Below are positions 56,371 through 64,000 of a DNA stretch of 64,000 nucleotides, piece after piece. The stretch's first letter is position 1. Each line of letters opens with the position of its first letter. Origin of the DNA: the human T2T-CHM13v2.0 reference genome, Homo sapiens. The notes under the pieces are model-generated. The model made no database searches. It saw only the letters and a list, made by a program, of their open reading frames with translations, and was not told the DNA's origin. The translations under genes and the position numbers were made by a program. The DNA is taken from the NCBI RefSeq assembly GCF_009914755.1, contig NC_060926.1; one strand, 5' to 3'.

Positions 56371-58120
56371 GATCTTGATAAATGTTAATTGGGTAAACAA
56401 AAGCAAATCTACAATTACCATGCAGGAATACAGACAGACTGTCAGTCTGTCAGAAATTATTTAGCATTTATCAATAATTATCATAAATCTCCTGTCCTAT
56501 CAGAGATGATGGGACAAATCGCTGAAGGCAAAGTTGGGGCCAGCTTGAAGCAAAGCTTTGTGTGGTCCCTTTATTTCCTGCTTCCTCAACTTCATTCTTT
56601 AATCTTACAATCTTAAGTGCTTTGAGGCAGGGCACTGTACTATTGCAAAGTTGAGCTGAAGGTGCAAACAAATGAAGTAGGCTTTTGGAGAATGCAGAGG
56701 TGAAATGACAATAGAAAATAAATAGCTATGGGCAAATGACACCCTTGAAAGCACATCATTTCCTGTACTTTACACATAAATTCAATCGAGTAATGTCATT
56801 AGCAGTTTTGGAATCTATTTGAAAATTAGACAAATCTAGGTTTGTACATGTGCTTCTGTGTAGAACAGAAGGGACTAGATGATCTTCATGTGACTATTTT
56901 TTTTTTCCTTAAAACTTTGCCTCTTTCTGACAAGCTGAAATATTTTAAATTCTAAGAGGCACCCTTTGGATTAAAAGACTTTTATTTTTAGAGATAGGTT
57001 ATTTCTTTTCTTACTAATTTTACTTGTTTTTTTACCTTAAAATTAATTTTAGAATGACCTATATGAATAGTTATCACCATTAGTGACAATCATATGCAAT
57101 GAGTGGAAATTTTGGTTTTGAATATGTATGCATTAAAATAATTCAACTTACAAAAGATAAAATACTGCTAATTGTTCACATCATAATAGGATGTGACCAA
57201 AATAAATAATATTTTGATCATATTATTATATTTTGATCATATTGTTCTTTTAGAAATAGGGAAAGTCCTCAAAGGAATGAAACTTTTTAATTTATTATTA
57301 ACACTCAGACCTGCATTTGAAATTCTTTAGCTTTACCTTTTTTTTTCCTGTGATAATTGACATCATTGTTTGATCTCCTGAAGTAGGAATAAATTTCCAC
57401 CCATGTTGAAATCCTGATGAGTTTATTCTGGAGTAGGAGATTATCAGATCATTGTATCATTACTAAAAATCACAGTCCCCCACATTGGTATTATCTCCTT
57501 AAATTATAGTCTCAGTGCCAAGGGTGGATTGTTTTGTGGATTAAGTTGTTTTTCAAATATAGGACAAAGTTATAGACTAGTTCTAAAATTTAGTTTTGTA
57601 ATTAGGAATGTTGGGAAATATTACCTGTGTCTAATGAATGAAGGCATTTTGCAACTGGAATTCACATTTTAGGGGAACTGTTACTGATGCATATGAAGGA
57701 GACTTTCAAACCTTTTTGTTCATATATTAAACTACCTGAATATATGTCTATAAAGATCTAAAAACTCAACCTGGGTGAAAATTAAGAAACAATATGTTTT
57801 GGTCTGAAGTCCTAAGTGGGATTGGCTGAAATGCTAAAAGGTTATCTGTCCAGTAGTGGACCTGGTCCCTCCAGCCCAAATCCCTGGGATAGAGGCATAG
57901 GAAAGCCCACCTTGACAAACCCAGGGCTCCCCAAAAGCTGAAAATCTGACAGACTTTTAAACAACCCCCAAATAATTATCATTCCAACAATATCTTAGTG
58001 AGCTTTTTACATCTGAGAAAGCATGGTGTATATTTAGTTAAATAACACCTGTTGTAGGAATGCTTTGGGCTTTGCTGCTTTCAAAAATAGTGGTTATTTC
58101 ATCTGAAATTCTACTTCTAG

Positions 58121-58294
<174 letters not shown>

Positions 58295-58829
58295 TAATGA
58301 TGAAAAAACACTTCATAAATTTCAATAAAATACTTTCTGACTTGATATTGTATCATTATTACACATTTTACTAAATAACAGTAAAATCCGTGCATAACTC
58401 ATGGATTCTATTATCTTCCACAGATTTTTTTTTTTATATTTAGCCTCCAGAAAGCTGCTGCAAATGTAAGGTATATTTTGAACACCACTTTCATACATTA
58501 AATTCTAAACATTGAAACTTGTGTGCATGACGTTGAAAAGAGTGTAATGATAAATGCTTATACTTATGATGATGCTAAGCCATTTGGATTATATTAACTG
58601 CTTGAGACACAAGTTATAAAATCCTATGACTTAACCAGAAATATAAATTAAAAATGTGAATTAGGGTTTGATATTAACTTCCTTGAAGCAAAGTGTTTAA
58701 AATTTTGTAGTCCTACTTTTGCCTTTCTCTGACCAGATTCTTACAATATATCAGCTTTCTCTTTAGTTGCCGATTTTATCTGAATAGTTAACATAATGTG
58801 TAGCAGTCTGGATCTCAGAATGCCAAAAT

Positions 58830-59040
58830 AAAGACTTTGGGGACAGCTTAATCTGTGATCAATTTCTGGCTCTGCCATATGTTAAATGTGTTAATTTGTG
58901 ACTTTGAATTTCAGTCTCCTCATCAGTAAAATGTGGATGATGATGTTTAGGCATAAGGTTGTTGAATGGATTAAATAAGCCTTCTTAGATAAAACACTGA
59001 TGTATTTGGCATGCAGAAGACAGTTAATAAATATTATCAA
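58830..59040 (+). mobile_element. MIR
   Basis: ctggctctgccat...tttcagtctcctcatcagtaaaatgtggatgat...aggttgttgaatggattaaat. Confidence 0.7.
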
Positions 59041-62000
59041 TATTAGTTGTTTTGTTGTTGTTATTTTTGTTAATTCACATGTTTTTGCCTTTCCATACTG
59101 TAAGTGAATTCAAACAACTGTCAACTTCAACTACTTGGAAAATATTTTCATGTAAAATGTATTCTATCCCCCTTCCTTGCCCTCCTATTCCCTCCTCTCC
59201 CTATCTCTTTACAAACCTTCTCCCTTGTACCCCTTCCCAGGTATGTGTGTGAGTGTGAGTGTGTGTAGATGTGTCAAGGGAGAAGAGAAAAGGAGAATGA
59301 AAGCAAAAGAGAGCAAGCATACACGTCCCTTTCTTATTGATAATTAGATTTTCTCTTGAGATTGGATAGATTCCTGGAATAATTCTTTTCCTGTCTGTAT
59401 GCAAAGATCCCATAATATTATTAATACCAATACGAAAAGCCTGAAAATCACAGCCAGAAAAAATTCACAGTGTAGACGACTGTGTACATCACAGACAAGT
59501 CAGTATTACAAAACCCAATTTTCATAGTGTCCTATTTCAGTATCCTAATGCAATTCACTGATTTCAATTGAATATTAAACTCTAGTACGTTCTTCCCCAA
59601 CCTCGCCTGCGTTAGCTTGCACTCCCTCTTCCCCCCAGCTGCCAGTAGCTTGCTCCTCCCTGTCCCTCCAGGTAAATCTTTTGAAGATTGTCTGGCCTTC
59701 CGCTCCTTGCCATAGCAAAACCACTGAGAGGAAGCTGCCAGTGGTTCTGCTACCGATGTCAGCAGCATGTCTGCTCCCTAAAGCAGGAAGTAGAGAAGGA
59801 GACAGGGTAAGTCTAAATCAACAGTCATGCTTTGCACTTCTGATAGCATTAAGTTTGAGCTAAATAAGACATTACTTAAAAAACCTCAAATATCCACAAG
59901 ATTGGACTTGCCAACTAATTAAGATTTGGAGTTCAAAATAAATGCACCCACACCTTTCTCCATGGAACTATGTGACATGGGGTTGCTTAGGATGGAAAGG
60001 ATGTTCTAGGAATAAGTGCAATCTAGGAAGCTGAAGACTGAGAGTGTTTTTGTTTTATTATCTGCAGAGCTTTTGACTTGTGTATTTGTGAGAAATAATG
60101 GCCAAGTTTTTATTCTGTTTTTAATCAGTTATCTAGAATGAAAACTGACTTTTCTTTATTCAATTGTATGTAGACACATTGAGTGTGACATTTGTCAAGG
60201 TTGGTTGTTAGCAATATCACATACATGCATACTCAAGCAGACTTAAGATAGTCCTTTTTTTTTTTTTTTTTTTTTTGGTTTCTGATAATGGTGCAAAGTT
60301 TTCCTGGTTGACATAATCTCTTTTCTTGGGGATCCTTTCTTCTATGTCTGATTATTGTTTATTTCACCTTTCCTTTTTATGAACCAGGCTTGTTGATCCG
60401 GTTGGCAATTTTTGTTCTCCTTCTTTTTAACTACAGCCAAGTCTCCGTTGTCCAGGGTAATGGATAGCCTCATGCTTAATGAAGCAGTAGTGGATAAGCA
60501 AAAATGAACCATTTGCGTTTCAAATTTTTAAAAGTGCAAAATCACATAGAAATGTTTTCTGGTCACACCTTTGTGAAGGATGGTGGGAGGGTGAGTTAGA
60601 AGCGCCTGAAGAATCAAGGTGAGCCAGCAAAAGACACAGATTTACTGTAAGTGATTCTATGTGGATAACCCATGCAGGAATAATGGAGATGTGGCTGCAG
60701 TTCTCTCCTGAATGCTTTGCTTTGTTTTAAAGTGTGAGATTCCCCCCTTTTTTTTGGAATGAATAATTGAATGATTTTATTTTAGAACTTAAACAACTTT
60801 GCTCCGGTTATTCCTACTGTCAAGATGAGCCACACCTGCTGAATTTCATTTTTTAAACTTTTCTCCAGTTTATTTTTTTTCTATCCAGTTCCTGTTTGCT
60901 TCTCGTTATTTGCTAAATGACAGCTGGCATGGAAAGAAAAAACCATATTATGGCAGTATACAGAAAAAATTAAATTTTGTAGTTTCTTTTTTGTTATTTA
61001 CTGTAAATAATAATACCTCCTTTTTACCTTCAATGTAAATATAAGGTTATTTGGGAGTTTAGAAGTATTTACAAAATAACTAGTGCATAATAACTATATT
61101 TTTCTCTGAATTATAAATCAAATATTATTTATTGTTTACAAAGTTATGTATTAAGGGAAATGGAAACAAACTGGGCACTTGAAGAATTTCAATATCCAAA
61201 GAGACAATTGACAAATCTATTTTTAGTGGAAATTTTAAAAACAATAAGCAATAAATTAATTTACTTAGGAAAATAGTATTATAGAATTAATTAGTGGCAA
61301 ATGTTGATTAGTAGAAGAAACATTATCATCTGTGGTTGTGATTGTCCTTTTATATGCTGGTTCCACCTTTACAAGGTTTAGTTCATAGCAAACTGTGCCA
61401 GATATGGACAGATGTTCCAGTTGCCACAATAGTATTAAAGTGACTGACTAGAGTCAACTATGCCATGGATTTAAAAAGAAGAAACCTTCCCTCTATTTCA
61501 GTGCTAAGAGGTGGTGGCCACATTTTGGCAGAACAGGTAATAGGGTGTACAGCAATGATATTGACAGAAAACAACAAATTCTGCATATTTTTCCACTCAT
61601 AAGTTGATGAAGAGATTATCTTGCCAAAGGAAGAAGGTAGACAGTTTTTCACTTCCTAATTCCCCAAATTTCTTTGCCAATATTCACCAAATTTCAGTAT
61701 TTTGGGTGTGACCTTAAAGATCTGTGCATTTCTGTCTTCTCTCCCAATGTTTGGTTGAAATTCTTCTTGACATCATTGTACATTTTCCTTGAATAAATGC
61801 ATTTTAATATAAAATTTTATGTCATGTTTGATATGAGAGTTATATATTTAAATACATTTAAATAAATGTTTACCATGAAAATGTATGAATTATATGTATG
61901 TTTCACCTAAAATCCTTTGTATTTTTCCAGTAATAAATGAGTTCCACTTTGTGAAATGTTGATTTGTAACAACAGTGAGGACTCCAGTTCCTTAGGCTGG

Positions 62001-62559
62001 GGTATTTTCTCTTCTTTTATGCCCTCTAGTTAAATGAGAAATGTAGAGAGATGGAACTTTGTTGTGTCTAATATGCAAGCCTATAATCTAATAAAATTTA
62101 ATTTGAGACTTTTAAACTGAGATTGGTGACACTGACAAAATTATCTAATTAGAAGATCACCAAAACATATCTAATCCAAGAAACTGACATTCAGTGTGAC
62201 TGATTAAGGTTCTTAGGACATCTCCTGAGATATCTCTGATAACATATATACTTCTTGCTCTACCTGGAACATGGATGAGCTTTAAGTGTACGCAATGCAA
62301 GTTCTACCCATTAGTTTCTAGCAGCCTTGAAGATAAGTATCAGACAGTTTAGTGTTGCCAATAGAATCTTGGAAGCTATGTTTAGCCAGGAGACATTTGG
62401 AAAGCTTACTAGCCTTTCTGTACTGATCCTTTCTATGACAGCAAACCCATTGTAAAATTTTCCCTGTTCCTCCAGCAGATTAACCCATAATATCTTTTAA
62501 CAACTTTAGATTTTTTAAATTCCTTTTAATTTAAACCAAATCTGCTTAATAGAAAGTAA

Positions 62560-62865
<306 letters not shown>

Positions 62866-64000
62866 TGAAAGAGTTTATAATTGCCTTAGTGAATTTTACA
62901 TATTGCTCTCAAATTAAATATCAACTAATTGGCCATGTATATCTTGACATCAAATGTTTAGCATCCCTTTTAAATAACAAAAAAATGTTGCTACCATAGT
63001 GCAAAAGAGTCAAAGAATTTATGTACAATTTGATTTAGAATTGAATTTAAATTGCTTATTTATTAGAAGATGATTCTGAATTGTCCTCCAAGGACATTGA
63101 TCTATAGCAAAATTCTGACATATTTTTAAGAACCTTAGAATAGGTTCTTTAGGACATGTCTGTGTTTACTAAACAAATGATAAAATATGCCCAAGTCAGA
63201 TAATTTTGAAATATCACTTGTAAGTACTTGAAGATGGACTATGTAGGGAGGGGACATCATCTGGGGGATTATTATTTTTTGTTTTTGTTTCTTCTACAGT
63301 CTTAGCAATATTAAATTTAGAAATTATTTATTTAATTTTGTTAAAATATATATTAGCATTTACTGGATACATATTGATATTATAATATAGTATACTATAG
63401 TGATAGATTTTAAAGTGGTCTTATACAGAGAGACAAAATGAAGAAAATCACGCAAAAAAGTATATTTATACAAGTATAAAATGCTTATTAAGTTCCCAGC
63501 TTGATAAATGAACATATAAGCAGGTTATATAGAGATTGTAAATAATACGGTCTAAAGTATAATATACAATATTTTTAGGCTCTGAAGTAACCACTATATT
63601 TTCGAATTATATTTCAGGTAGGACTTAACTGAATTAAATGATAAAGTTGGCATATGTTGGCCTCTTATTTTGTATCAGATATTGGACTAAATGGTTTACA
63701 TTAAATCTCTCTCTCTAGATTCCCACAAAACCAGTCTTAAGATATTTACTATAAATTGTCTGTATTTCGCAGTTGGGAAACTGTATCCATGAGAAATTAA
63801 CAGAGAAATGGAAGGTCTGAATGCTGTATCAGACTCTGAAAGCTATTTCAGAGACTATCATAAGCTATGGGCAAAGATCACAGACGCTTAGAGTAGGAAA
63901 GGATAATAATTTTACCTAGTTCAAATTTAGAGCTATGTAAGAATTTCTTCAACATTATTTCTAAAAAAAAGCAGGGTGGTGGGGTGGCAATTGAAACAAG

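Noticed and set aside
57208-57245. tattttgatcatatt tandem duplication
   Set aside because: Simple slippage in AT-rich intron sequence with no functional context.

Overview
Mammalian, almost certainly human, genomic DNA: AT-rich and full of Alu, L1, L2, MIR, THE1 and other LTR elements. It carries the 5' half of SCN2A (voltage-gated sodium channel Nav1.2 alpha subunit) on the + strand. Present are a proximal non-coding first exon with a CTCF-type motif (~25030-25429) and coding exons 1-13 (27118-62835). The spliced CDS in this window is 2388 nt (796 codons): N-terminus, domain I, the I-II loop and the start of domain II. It includes an AT-AC minor-spliceosome intron (28430-39122) and the mutually exclusive neonatal/adult exons 5N/5A. 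The upstream 25 kb holds a full-length MAPRE1 (EB1) processed pseudogene with target-site duplications, interrupted by an ERV1-type LTR. A two-LTR THE1 element lies antisense in intron 10. There is no prokaryotic-type system, CRISPR array or RNA gene. The most interesting unexplained signals concern splicing and translational control: candidate poison or recursive (AG|GT) exons in intron 12, consensus U2 donors and a second U12 donor nested in the minor intron, a GTATGT start unique to exon 5N, and a long out-of-frame ORF overlapping the start codon. All repeat subfamily names are recognised by eye and their boundaries are approximate.
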